The translations under genes were made by a program, and so were the position numbers. This document shows, in pieces, positions 27,080-36,285 of a stretch of 64,000 nucleotides of DNA. Source of the DNA: an uncultured Pseudomonadota bacterium (GTDB taxonomy: Bacteria; Myxococcota_A; UBA796; SXON01); the NCBI GenBank assembly GCA_903844155.1, contig CAIMSU010000113.1:96361-160360 (forward strand), in the 5' to 3' direction. The stretch's first letter is position 1; each line of letters opens with the position of its first letter. The notes beneath the pieces were generated by a model. It saw only the letters and a program-made list of their open reading frames with translations. It had not been told where the DNA came from and did not search any database.

Positions 27080-28489
27080 GTGCTCCTCGTCGCCGCCCTC
27101 GCCTGCCCCTTCGCGCTCGCGGCCGAGCCCGCGCGTGCGCCTGCGCCCGACGCGGATTCCGGCGCTTCATCGCAGGTGATCCTCGGCTCCTACGGTCGCG
27201 TGGAGGCAAGCACGGATCTGGCGGGTGGAGCGGGCGATCCGATCACGATCACCGCGCACCCCGGGCGGCTCGAGGAGCAGCCGTACGCCGAATTGGACCT
27301 CGGCTGGCGCATGAAGACGGCGAGCGGCGCCCACTTCCTCGCGCTGGTCACGCCCGCGCTCTCCGGCGACCTCTTCCACTACACCGGCACGTTCGATGCC
27401 AGCCTCGCCATTCGCAATCTCTACGCTCAGGCGGATGATTTCGGCGTACCCGGGCTCGGCGTTTGGGCCGGCTCGCGGATGTACCGTGGCGACGACGTCT
27501 ACCTGCTCGACTTCTGGCCGCTGGACAACCTGAACACGCTCGGCGGCGGCGCGTTCTGGACGCACGGCGGGCTCGACGTCGCCGCTCACGTCGGCTTCAA
27601 TCGACTGTCCGCGGACGACTGGCAATATCAGTCGATCGCCGACATCACGCCGGGCTCGGTTGGGTCGTCCAGCGTGACCTACCTCGACCGTCAGCGCACC
27701 ATCGTTTCGGCCAAGGCGAGCTATGCCGTCCCGCTTGGGAGCCTGCACCTCCGGCCCAGACTCTATGGCGAGCTTCACAACCTGCCGGCGGGCGTGCGCC
27801 AGATCGACTACGGCGTGACCGAGCAGACGCCAAAGACCGAAGATCTACCGGCTGAACATGGATACCGTGTCGGCGGCGAGCTCTCGCTGTACGGTTGGGC
27901 GCGCGACAGCTACGTGAACGTGTTCTACCGTCACGCGACGGGGATCGCGGCCATCGGAGAATTGACGGTTCCGACAACGGGATTCGCGCTCGACGGCTCG
28001 GTGAACCACGCTGCCGAGGACCTTGGCGCGCTGGCGTTCAACCAGGAAGCCGGCCCGTTTTCTGTCGCTGCGGGGGCCTACCTGCGCGCCTGGCGGGACG
28101 CAGATGCCAACGTCGTCGACCCGGACGACGGTTGGGAGTGGGTGGGGTCTGTACGCCCCGGCTGGTATCCGACCCGCTACGTCGCGTTGCAGGCTGAGTT
28201 TTCGCGCGAAAATGCGTTTCCGGCCGGGCTCGACCCGCGAACGAACGTGATGGAAAGGCCCACAGTGACGCGGCTGAGCTTCCTCCCGGGGGTCCAGCTC
28301 GGGAAGGGCACCTTCGCCCGACCCAACATCCACCTCCGCTATACTCTCGCCGTCGTCAATCAGGACGAGTTGAACCGCCTCGACCCCAACGATGCCCGTC
28401 GGGCCGCGTGGACCGGGGTTGGGCCGCTCGTCAGCCACGAGGTCGGCATCGGCGCGGAGTGGTGGATCGACTCGCAGGGCTACCGCTGA
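27080..28489 (+). CDS. Outer-membrane beta-barrel protein, putative carbohydrate (maltodextrin) porin
   Basis: GTG start. Signal MLLVAALACPFALAA. ~450 aa of alternating strand pattern rich in Tyr/Gly/Asp. Function is inferred only from its position between GH13 and GH15 genes. Confidence 0.55.
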   Translation: MLLVAALACPFALAAEPARAPAPDADSGASSQVILGSYGRVEASTDLAGGAGDPITITAHPGRLEEQPYAELDLGWRMKTASGAHFLALVTPALSGDLFHYTGTFDASLAIRNLYAQADDFGVPGLGVWAGSRMYRGDDVYLLDFWPLDNLNTLGGGAFWTHGGLDVAAHVGFNRLSADDWQYQSIADITPGSVGSSSVTYLDRQRTIVSAKASYAVPLGSLHLRPRLYGELHNLPAGVRQIDYGVTEQTPKTEDLPAEHGYRVGGELSLYGWARDSYVNVFYRHATGIAAIGELTVPTTGFALDGSVNHAAEDLGALAFNQEAGPFSVAAGAYLRAWRDADANVVDPDDGWEWVGSVRPGWYPTRYVALQAEFSRENAFPAGLDPRTNVMERPTVTRLSFLPGVQLGKGTFARPNIHLRYTLAVVNQDELNRLDPNDARRAAWTGVGPLVSHEVGIGAEWWIDSQGYR

Positions 28490-30609
28490 TGCTGCTGGCC
28501 TTGCTCGCAGGGCCGGCGCTGGCCGGCAGCGCACCGCACTACAGCCTGCCAAAGCTCGTGACCGCGAACGGGTACGGCGCGATGGTGTTCTCCTCGGACC
28601 GGCTCTCGGACGGGTATGAGCACCTCTATCAGCAGTACGATGCCACCTCTGATACGACCCCGGACCTGCTCTACGACACGTACTTTGGGGTGACGGACGC
28701 GGGGGTCGGTGGGTGGCTGACGGCGACCGGGACGGCGGAGTATGAGCCGGGGACGGGGATCATCCGCGTTTCCCGGCCGACCGCAGCGATGGCGGGCGGG
28801 CTCTCGTCGCTCAACATCACGGAGTACGACTTTGCGCCGATGAGTTTTCCAGGCGTTGGCTTCGCCCAAGTGCTCCAGGTGAGAAACACGGGAACGACGA
28901 CGATCTCAGCCGCCCAACTGGTCTCCCTGCACAATTGGAAGATGAACGGCGTCACCGGTGGGGACGAGATCGTCGCTTCGCTGTCGGCGACGCAGGTCGA
29001 CGAGTCCGGCAACGATGGCGACCTGGCGTACACCACGCTCGACTCGACCGATGTCTCGTGCGCTTCCGTGTATGACGCCGTCAACGCTGGCCAGCAGATC
29101 GGCGGGGGCTGCAACACCTCCGGGTCCGACGTCGCCCCCGCTTTCGGCTGGAAGATCGGGGATCTTGCCCCCGGCGCCGAAGTGTGGGTGGGAGTGGTGA
29201 CGAGCGCTTCGCCGTCCGATGCCATCAGCTGGATCAGTGGCCGCGGCGCCGAACAGTGGTACCTCGACGAGCTCTCCGACTGGTCCGCTTGGCAGGCGAA
29301 CAACGTCGTCCCCGCCGACCTTTCCGACACGGAAGCGGCCGTCTACGCCCAACAATTGGCGTTCCTCCGGGAGGCCCAGGTGCAGGAGCCCGGCGGGGCG
29401 TTCGGTCAGATCCCGGCGTCGCTCCCGGTGAGCGCTTCGACCGGCGAGCTCGACCACATCTGGAACATCACCTGGGTGCGGGATGGCTCCTACGCTGCCG
29501 CAGCGCTCGCCTCCGCAGGGCGGACGGATGAGGCGGCGAACGTCCTGCGTTTTCTGGGGCAGGGGAAGACAGGCGCGTTCCGGGCCTACGTCGGCGACGC
29601 CGACTACCTGGTGAGCGTGTGTCGCACCTATGGCGACGGCAGCGAGTGGTCCGACACGGACAGCACGGGTCCCAACGTGGAGTACGACGACTTCGGTCTG
29701 TACCTTTGGGCCCTCGGGACCATCCAGCATGGCGGCCGCGACGACGTCGTCGCCGAGCTTGGCCCGAACGCGCTGGACGGCGTCGCGGACGTGTTGGTCG
29801 GCCTGATCGACCCGAACAGCGGGCTTTTACTGCCGGATTCCTCGATCTGGGAGCGGCACTGGGATGGGAACCAGCAACAGTTTGCGTACTCGTCGATCCA
29901 GGCGGTCGCTGGCTTGAGCGCAGCGGCGAAAATCGCGGATGCCCTCGGTGATCCGCGTGGGGATACCTACCGAAGCGCCGCTGCGACCATCACGACGGCG
30001 GTCTCCGCGCACCTGTTGAGCGCCGGCGGGGTGATCGGCGCGAGCGCTGAGCAGGTGCAGTCGGGCGACGGGTACCTCGATCTCGCGGCGGTCGAGGCGT
30101 TCAATCACGGCGTGCTCGATGCGCGTGGGCCGGAGCTCGCGGCGAGCTACGACGCCTGGGACCGCACCCTCAAGGTTGCCAGTGGCAACGGCTACGCACG
30201 CAATGATGACGGGAGCACCTACGACAACGCCGAGTGGCCGGTCGTCGACCTGCGGCTTGCGGAGGCGCTCCGCCGGTCCTGCGATTCCCGAAACGTCGCA
30301 GCGAGTGACGGGCTGTTCGGTTGGGTCACCGGGCAGGCGGCGCTGAACCACAACACCATCGCCGAGTTGTACGACCCTTCGGACGCCAACTATGCAGGTC
30401 CGGCGCCGATGCTTGGGTTTGGGGCGGGTGCCTACGTGTGGGGGCTGAACCAGCGCGCAGGGATCGACGCCGCCTGCGCCGCGGACACGGGGGCGGGGCC
30501 GGGTACGGAGGGATGCGGTTGCGTAAGCGCAGCCTCGGGCGATCTCTCCGGGTTCGCCCTCCTCCTCGGCGGATTGCTCGCGGCGAGGCGCAGGCGAGGC
30601 GATAGGTAG
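28489..30609 (+). CDS. GH15 glucoamylase/glucodextranase-family protein with MYXO-CTERM-type C-terminal sorting tail
   Basis: ORF trimmed to ATG 28489, overlapping the porin stop (TGATG); signal MLLALLAGPALAG. GH15 motifs HIWNITWVRDGSYAAAAL and SSIWERHWDG..QFAYSSIQAVAGL. Tail GCGCVSAASGDLSGFALLLGGLLAARRRRGDR. Confidence 0.85.
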   Translation: MLLALLAGPALAGSAPHYSLPKLVTANGYGAMVFSSDRLSDGYEHLYQQYDATSDTTPDLLYDTYFGVTDAGVGGWLTATGTAEYEPGTGIIRVSRPTAAMAGGLSSLNITEYDFAPMSFPGVGFAQVLQVRNTGTTTISAAQLVSLHNWKMNGVTGGDEIVASLSATQVDESGNDGDLAYTTLDSTDVSCASVYDAVNAGQQIGGGCNTSGSDVAPAFGWKIGDLAPGAEVWVGVVTSASPSDAISWISGRGAEQWYLDELSDWSAWQANNVVPADLSDTEAAVYAQQLAFLREAQVQEPGGAFGQIPASLPVSASTGELDHIWNITWVRDGSYAAAALASAGRTDEAANVLRFLGQGKTGAFRAYVGDADYLVSVCRTYGDGSEWSDTDSTGPNVEYDDFGLYLWALGTIQHGGRDDVVAELGPNALDGVADVLVGLIDPNSGLLLPDSSIWERHWDGNQQQFAYSSIQAVAGLSAAAKIADALGDPRGDTYRSAAATITTAVSAHLLSAGGVIGASAEQVQSGDGYLDLAAVEAFNHGVLDARGPELAASYDAWDRTLKVASGNGYARNDDGSTYDNAEWPVVDLRLAEALRRSCDSRNVAASDGLFGWVTGQAALNHNTIAELYDPSDANYAGPAPMLGFGAGAYVWGLNQRAGIDAACAADTGAGPGTEGCGCVSAASGDLSGFALLLGGLLAARRRRGDR

Positions 30610-30614
30610 GCCGG

Positions 30615-31889
30615 ATGTCGCCCCTCGTCCTCCTCGCCCTGCTCTCCTCGCCCGCGTCTGCCCACGACCTTGCGATCCGCCACGCCACGGTCCTGACCGC
30701 CGCCGGCGCCCCGCTGCTCGACGGCACAGTCATCGTGCACGATGGCGTCATCGCCGCCGTCGGTGCGAGTGTCGCGACCGGAACGGTGCCGGCTGTCACC
30801 ATCCCGACTGGCGCAGATTCCATCGATGCAACCGGCATGTACCTCATGCCCGGCATCATCGACCCGCACTCCCACATGGGCGACTACAGCTGGCCCGACG
30901 GGGTTGGGCACAACGACGGAAACGAGGCGACCGAGCCATTCACCCCGCGCATCTGGGCGGGCGACAGCATTGACCTCGAAGATCCGGCATTTCCTCTCGC
31001 GCGCGCCGGCGGTGTCACGACTGTGCAGGTCCTGCCCGGCTCCGCCAACCTCATCGGCGGGCGCTCGGCCGTCATCAAGCTACGACCCCGACGAACGCTG
31101 GACGAGATGCTCTTCAAGGCGGCACCCCCGGGCATCAAGATGGCGATCGGCGAAAACCCGAAGCGGGTCTACACCGGCGAGCGGGGCGAGGAGACAGACA
31201 TCCAGATCCAGACGCGGATGGGGGAGTTCGCTGCGTTGCGCCGGGAGTTTCAGGCGGCATTGGACTACCGGGAGGCCCGCAAGCGACCCGCAGCGCAGGG
31301 CGGCCCGCCCCCACGCGATCTCGATCTCGACGTGATCCTAGACATCCTCGACGGCAAGATCCTCGTCCACCTGCACTGTTACGAGACAAACGACATCCTC
31401 GGCATGTACCGCATCGCGGACCAGTACGGCTTCCACATCCAGAGCCTGCAACACGGCCTCGAAGCCTACAAGATCCGCGACGTCGTGAAGGCGCACGGAA
31501 CCATGCTCGCCACGTTCACGGACTGGTGGGGCTTCAAGATCGAGGCCTGGGACGCCATCCCACAGAACGCTGTGTTGGCAACACAGGACGGCATCCCCGT
31601 CTCCATCCACTCGGACTCGGCCAGCTTCGTGCAGCGCCTGAACATCGAGGCCGCCAAGATGCTCCGCTACGGGTGGACGGAGGACGACGCGCTCAAGAGC
31701 ATCACGCTCTGGCCGGCGATGATGCTCGGCGTACAAAGCCATGTCGGGACGATCGAGGTCGGGAAGGACGCCGATCTCGCGCTGTACGACAAGGACCCGT
31801 TCTCGGTGTACTCGCGCTGCCAGCGTACCTGGATCGACGGCGAACAGGTCTATGACCGGGCCACTACGCCGGTTGGAGGTGCGCTTTGA
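30615..31889 (+). CDS. Secreted metal-dependent amidohydrolase family protein
   Basis: Sec-type signal MSPLVLLALLSSPASA. GIIDPHSHMGDY metal-binding motif. C-terminal VGTIEVGKDADLALYD typical of the amidohydrolase superfamily. Confidence 0.8.
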   Translation: MSPLVLLALLSSPASAHDLAIRHATVLTAAGAPLLDGTVIVHDGVIAAVGASVATGTVPAVTIPTGADSIDATGMYLMPGIIDPHSHMGDYSWPDGVGHNDGNEATEPFTPRIWAGDSIDLEDPAFPLARAGGVTTVQVLPGSANLIGGRSAVIKLRPRRTLDEMLFKAAPPGIKMAIGENPKRVYTGERGEETDIQIQTRMGEFAALRREFQAALDYREARKRPAAQGGPPPRDLDLDVILDILDGKILVHLHCYETNDILGMYRIADQYGFHIQSLQHGLEAYKIRDVVKAHGTMLATFTDWWGFKIEAWDAIPQNAVLATQDGIPVSIHSDSASFVQRLNIEAAKMLRYGWTEDDALKSITLWPAMMLGVQSHVGTIEVGKDADLALYDKDPFSVYSRCQRTWIDGEQVYDRATTPVGGAL

Positions 31890-33169
31890 ACCGTCGCCAG
31901 TTGCTGCGGATCGCCGGGGCCGCGGGCATGGTCGGCGGCGTTGGTATCCGGCGGGCGCGGGCGGACGACGAGGTCATCTATTCAAACGCCCGGATCCTCA
32001 CCGGGATGATGCCCACGAGCGACGGGGAGTCCGCGGGGTTGCTGGAGGTTCAAGGTGGCATCCACGTCTCCGGCGGCATGATCGTCGACATGGGGTCGAG
32101 CGTCACCGGCGGCATCGACCTCGGCGGCGCCGTGGTCTGGCCCGGCACCTGGGAGTCGGGGACCACGGCGGGCATCGCCGAGATCGACCTGGAGGCGGCA
32201 ACGCACGACGACAGCGAGACGGGCGACCCGCTTGAGCCGCAGATGCGCGTGACGGACGGCTACAACCCGCAGTCCGTGCTGATCCCCGTGCTCCGCGCGC
32301 GCGGGGTCATGGGTGGGTTGGTGATGCCTGGAGGCGGCATCGTGAGCGGGCAAGCCGCGTGGATGCGGACGACCGGCGTGACGGTCGAGAAGGCCACTGT
32401 GTTGGATCCGGCGGGCCTGGTGATCAACCTCGGTCGGACGGGCGTGAGTGACAAGGGTCCGTCCTCGCGCATGGGCGTGGCCGCTCGCCTGCGCGACGTC
32501 CTCGACGCCAACCCCCCGCCTCCCGAGCCTCCGCGGCGTTCCATCTGGCACAAACCGCCCCCCGTCGACCCGAACAAGAAGCCGCCTACGAAGGCCGAGA
32601 CGGTCTGGCACGACCTGCAGAACGGCTACCTCAAGGCCATCTTCACGGCGGAGCGCGCCAGCGACATCGAGGTCGCGCTCGGCATCATCCGCGACTACTA
32701 CCTGGACGCGGTGATCCTGGGCTGCAGCGAGGCGTGGATGCTCGCGGACGCCATCGCTGAGAGCGGCGTGCCGCTGATCGTCGGCCCGGTGACCGTCCAG
32801 CCGGACAGCTACGACCACCTCCACGTCCGCTACGACAACGCCGCGCTCCTGCACAAGGCCGGGGTCCTCTTCGGTTTGCGCATCGGCGACCCGCACCGCG
32901 CCTTCGATCTCACCACCGAGGCCGGCATCGCCGTCGCCAACGGCCTCCCCTGGGACGTCGCGATCGCGGCGATCTCCGGCAATTCCCCGTCGCTCTTCGG
33001 GCTCGACCTTGGCCGGATCCAGGTGGGGGCCGAGGCGACCTTCGTGGTCTCCGACGGGGACCCGTTGGAGCCGCGCTCCTCGGTCAAGCGGGTGGTCGTC
33101 CAGGGCGTCGACGTGCCGCTGACCAATCACCAGACCGAGCTTTACGACCGGTTCAAGGTCCTAAAGTGA
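31886..33169 (+). CDS. Amidohydrolase-family protein with twin-arginine-like signal
   Basis: TTG start overlapping the upstream stop (TTGA). NRRQLLRIAGAAGMVGGVGIRRARA. C-terminal GRIQVGAEATFVVSDGDPLE pattern. The HxH motif is not evident, so it may be a non-catalytic partner. Confidence 0.7.
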   Translation: MNRRQLLRIAGAAGMVGGVGIRRARADDEVIYSNARILTGMMPTSDGESAGLLEVQGGIHVSGGMIVDMGSSVTGGIDLGGAVVWPGTWESGTTAGIAEIDLEAATHDDSETGDPLEPQMRVTDGYNPQSVLIPVLRARGVMGGLVMPGGGIVSGQAAWMRTTGVTVEKATVLDPAGLVINLGRTGVSDKGPSSRMGVAARLRDVLDANPPPPEPPRRSIWHKPPPVDPNKKPPTKAETVWHDLQNGYLKAIFTAERASDIEVALGIIRDYYLDAVILGCSEAWMLADAIAESGVPLIVGPVTVQPDSYDHLHVRYDNAALLHKAGVLFGLRIGDPHRAFDLTTEAGIAVANGLPWDVAIAAISGNSPSLFGLDLGRIQVGAEATFVVSDGDPLEPRSSVKRVVVQGVDVPLTNHQTELYDRFKVLK

Positions 33170-33774
33170 CGACCGTCGGGGGCGTCAACGCGCGGTTCAT
33201 CGCGATCGAGGGGCTGGACGGCTCGGGCGGCACCACCCAGCTCACCCGGTTGAAAGCGGCGTTTGAGGCGCGGGGAGCCGCGGTGATGGTCACCCGGGAG
33301 CCGAGCGACAGGCCCGTCGGGAAGCTCATCCGCGCCCAGCTCGCGGGGGAGCTTGGCGACGCCGTCTTCCCCTACCTCTTTGCGGCCGACCGTCGCGATC
33401 ACCTCGACGCCGTCGTGCTTCCCGCCCTGGCCCGCGGAGAAAACGTCCTCACCGACCGCTACGCCCTCTCCAGCTTTGCCTACCAGGCCGAAGCCCACGG
33501 CCTCGACCGGGTGATGCGGTTGAACCAGGACTTTCCCGCGCCCGACCTCACCATCCTCCTCGACCTGGACCCGCAGACCTGCCTCGATCGCATCCTCGCC
33601 CGCGGGCTGCCTCGGGACCGGTTTGAGACCCTGGATCGGCTGCGAACGATCGCCGCTGGCTACGACGCCGCGGTGCTTGCGTGCGAGGGGCGGTGGCGGA
33701 TCGCGCGCGTGGATGCGCGGGGGACGGCAGACGCAGTCGCCGAGCGGGTTTTCGCGGTCGTATGGCCCGACTGA
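33166..33774 (+). CDS. tmk: dTMP (thymidylate) kinase
   Basis: GTGA overlap with the upstream gene. P-loop FIAIEGLDGSGGTTQ. DRY-like TDRYALSSFAYQ. ~202 aa. Confidence 0.9.
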   Translation: MTTVGGVNARFIAIEGLDGSGGTTQLTRLKAAFEARGAAVMVTREPSDRPVGKLIRAQLAGELGDAVFPYLFAADRRDHLDAVVLPALARGENVLTDRYALSSFAYQAEAHGLDRVMRLNQDFPAPDLTILLDLDPQTCLDRILARGLPRDRFETLDRLRTIAAGYDAAVLACEGRWRIARVDARGTADAVAERVFAVVWPD

Positions 33775-34376
33775 TCCCGCTCGGACGGGTGGAGTACCGC
33801 GAGGCCTGGGCGCGACAGGAAGCGGAGCTTGCGGCTGTCATTTCGGGCGCGGAGAACGCCGTGATCGTGTGCGAGCACGAGGCGGTCTACACCCTCGGCC
33901 GTCGGCGCGGCGCCATCGCGAACGTGCTTGACGCGGGCGACACGCCGGTGATCGAGGTTGAACGCGGCGGAGACGTGACCTGGCATGGCCCCGGGCAGCT
34001 CGTCGGCTACCCGATCCTCCACCTCGACCGTCCTGGCTCACCCGCACCGCGCGACCTCCACGCGCACCTCCACCGCCTCGAAGACGTTGTCATCGACGTT
34101 TGCGCGGCCCTCGGGCTCCCGGCCGGGCGTGACGAGCGGAACACGGGGGTGTGGGTGGACGGCCGCAAGCTGTGCAGCATCGGGGTCGCGTGCCGCCGCT
34201 GGGTCGCCTGGCACGGGCTCGCCATCAACTGCAATCCCGATCTCTCGGCGTTTGAGCGAATCAACCCCTGCGGGCTGCCGGTGGGGACGATGACGAGCCT
34301 GTCGGTGGCGCTCAAGCGGGACGTCACCGTGGGCGAGGTGGAGGGGCTGCTGAGCGACAGGGTTCGCGACTGGTGA
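33762..34376 (+). CDS. lipB: Octanoyltransferase (lipoyl(octanoyl) transferase)
   Basis: ORF trimmed to ATG 33762 (MARLIPLGRVEY). ERGGDVTWHGPGQLVGYPIL, KLCSIGV and RINPCG motifs match LipB. Confidence 0.92.
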   Translation: MARLIPLGRVEYREAWARQEAELAAVISGAENAVIVCEHEAVYTLGRRRGAIANVLDAGDTPVIEVERGGDVTWHGPGQLVGYPILHLDRPGSPAPRDLHAHLHRLEDVVIDVCAALGLPAGRDERNTGVWVDGRKLCSIGVACRRWVAWHGLAINCNPDLSAFERINPCGLPVGTMTSLSVALKRDVTVGEVEGLLSDRVRDW

Positions 34377-34443
34377 CTGGGCGGGCCGGCCCCACGCGTC
34401 GAGGCTTGACGCCGATTTCGCAGCAAACCCGGAACGGGAGTGG

Positions 34444-35058
34444 GTGTCTGTGGTCTACACTGGAGTCATGGTCCTCCTCGCCCTCTTCGCATGTGTCCGT
34501 CCGCAGGCCGCGAACGTGCAGGACATCGTGGCCGCGCCGCCGCCGGTCGCCGTTCCAGGCTCCGAGATGGCGTTTTACGAGGTGACCGGGCGCACGCCTG
34601 TCGACGTCGTCGAGTCGATGACCGAGAATGCGCCCCAGGACAGCAGCATCCACCACGCCGCCCAGACAGACTGGGACGTTGTCTGGCGCTACCCGGCCGG
34701 CCCGGACGACGGCTCCGCTCCCGCCTGTCAGCTCGACCAGGTCGACGTCCACGTGTCGATCCTCACCCGCTTCCCCCACTGGCAGCCGCCCGCCGACGCT
34801 GACCCGAAGGACGTGGACGAGTGGGCCCGCTACACGACCGCGCTCGCCAAGCACGAGTCCGCGCACGTGCGGATCATCGACGATCTCGCGGGTACTTTGC
34901 CTGCCGCTCTGAACGCCGGGACCTGCGACGACGCCGATCAGCGCGGTGAGGCCGTCCTCGACGCGATCCGGGCGCAGAACGCCGAATTGGACACGGACAC
35001 GCTCGACGGCGAGACGACCGGGGCCGAGCTCGCGTGGGTGGCTCCGTTCGGCGGGTGA
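34444..35058 (+). CDS. DUF922-like putative secreted Zn-metallopeptidase (HExxH)
   Basis: Lipoprotein-like MVLLALFAC. HESAH (HExxH) in ALAKHESAHVRIIDD. Alternative start ATG 34468 is preceded by TACACT-N6. Confidence 0.6.
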   Translation: MSVVYTGVMVLLALFACVRPQAANVQDIVAAPPPVAVPGSEMAFYEVTGRTPVDVVESMTENAPQDSSIHHAAQTDWDVVWRYPAGPDDGSAPACQLDQVDVHVSILTRFPHWQPPADADPKDVDEWARYTTALAKHESAHVRIIDDLAGTLPAALNAGTCDDADQRGEAVLDAIRAQNAELDTDTLDGETTGAELAWVAPFGG

Positions 35059-35070
35059 GGCGCCTGACGG

Positions 35071-36213
35071 TCAGCTCCCGGTGTCGAGGTCGGACAGGAT
35101 CGCGGCCTTGATCGTGTCAAAATACCCGGTGGCCTCCCCGAACCCGGTGCCGAGGTAGACGACGACGCCATTGGGATTGAGGACGGCGATGGACGGGAGG
35201 CTCATGCCGCCGTCCGGGTTCAGCGCGGGGGCGAGGACGACGTAGCCGAAGTCGGCGTCTGCCAGCACCGGCGATTTGACATGGAAGATCGTCGTCCATT
35301 GCCGGAGCGTGAGGTCGTCCGGGGAGCGGTTGACAGCGCCGAGGCTGGCGTTGAGGAGCGTGACCACCTCGACGTCGACGCACTGCGCCGCCATCTCCGT
35401 CTTGAACGCCTCTTCCATCGAGGCGAGGTTCTGGCAGGGACCGCAATTGGTCGATGCCGCGTCCACGACCACGTACCGCCCACGAAAGTCCCAGAGATCC
35501 ACGCCTTCTCCGCAGACATCGCGCAGGCGTGCGTTGGGGAACGTGGCGCCGAGGGCAGCGCTCCAACCCTGTACGGGCCCGCCTGGGCTGAACTCCGGCC
35601 AACCGCAGCGGTACGGCGTCGTGCGCGCGCCTGCTGGGTCCTCGACCGTCGTGGTGCCGACCCCGAGCGTGAGCGTTGCGGTCGCCGCCACCGTCACGTT
35701 GCCCGCGCTTGCGGTGTCGCCCGTCGCCGCCAACGCCGTCGTTTGGGTCCACGTCCACGCGCCCCCGGACCCGCTCGCGACGTCGCCCAGCGCGATGTTG
35801 TCGTCGTTGCTCCACCAGAGCTCCCCGCCGTCTCCGGAGAGGCCGAGCTGCTCGGTCTGCTCGACGGCACCGTCGTAGAGCTGCGCGTAGCAGTCATCGT
35901 GGCCCTCGGTCATCACCGAGAGCCCTTGCGTGAGCGGGCTGCAGTCGGGACACAGCCAGCCGATGTCGGTGCGCTCGGTAAAATCGTCGTAGGTCCGGGT
36001 GTAGTGGCAGTCGGCGTGACCGGCTGCGATCGCCGCATCGTCGAAGGTCAGGTCCCAGCGGATCGTGCCGGACAGGGTGCGCGCCACGGTGGGGCCCTCG
36101 CCGGTGTCCTTTGGCCCGGGGGAGGGGTCGGGCATGCTGCAGGCCTCACCGGAGTCCGCGGGGGAGTTCGGGGGCTTGATGGCGTAGCACCCGAGGAGGG
36201 CAACCAGGAGCAT
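35071..36213 (-). CDS. Lipoprotein with C-terminal thioredoxin-fold (TlpA/ResA-like redoxin) domain
   Basis: Lipobox MLLVALLGC. CxxC active site in VVVDAASTNCGPCQNLASMEEAF. The N-terminal ~200 aa belong to no family I recognise. Confidence 0.75.
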   Translation of the reverse strand: MLLVALLGCYAIKPPNSPADSGEACSMPDPSPGPKDTGEGPTVARTLSGTIRWDLTFDDAAIAAGHADCHYTRTYDDFTERTDIGWLCPDCSPLTQGLSVMTEGHDDCYAQLYDGAVEQTEQLGLSGDGGELWWSNDDNIALGDVASGSGGAWTWTQTTALAATGDTASAGNVTVAATATLTLGVGTTTVEDPAGARTTPYRCGWPEFSPGGPVQGWSAALGATFPNARLRDVCGEGVDLWDFRGRYVVVDAASTNCGPCQNLASMEEAFKTEMAAQCVDVEVVTLLNASLGAVNRSPDDLTLRQWTTIFHVKSPVLADADFGYVVLAPALNPDGGMSLPSIAVLNPNGVVVYLGTGFGEATGYFDTIKAAILSDLDTGS

Positions 36214-36255
36214 CCGTCGACTTACCCCGCTCTGTCGGCAAGAGTGTCTCGAACC

Positions 36256-36285
36256 GTCACACGCGCGCTCAACTCAGCGTACAAT
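36256..36285 (+). promoter_or_regulatory. Candidate sigma-70-type promoter GTCACA-N18-TACAAT
   Basis: The TACAAT box overlaps ATG 36284. This argues that the FG-GAP gene actually starts at ATG 36305. Confidence 0.3.
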
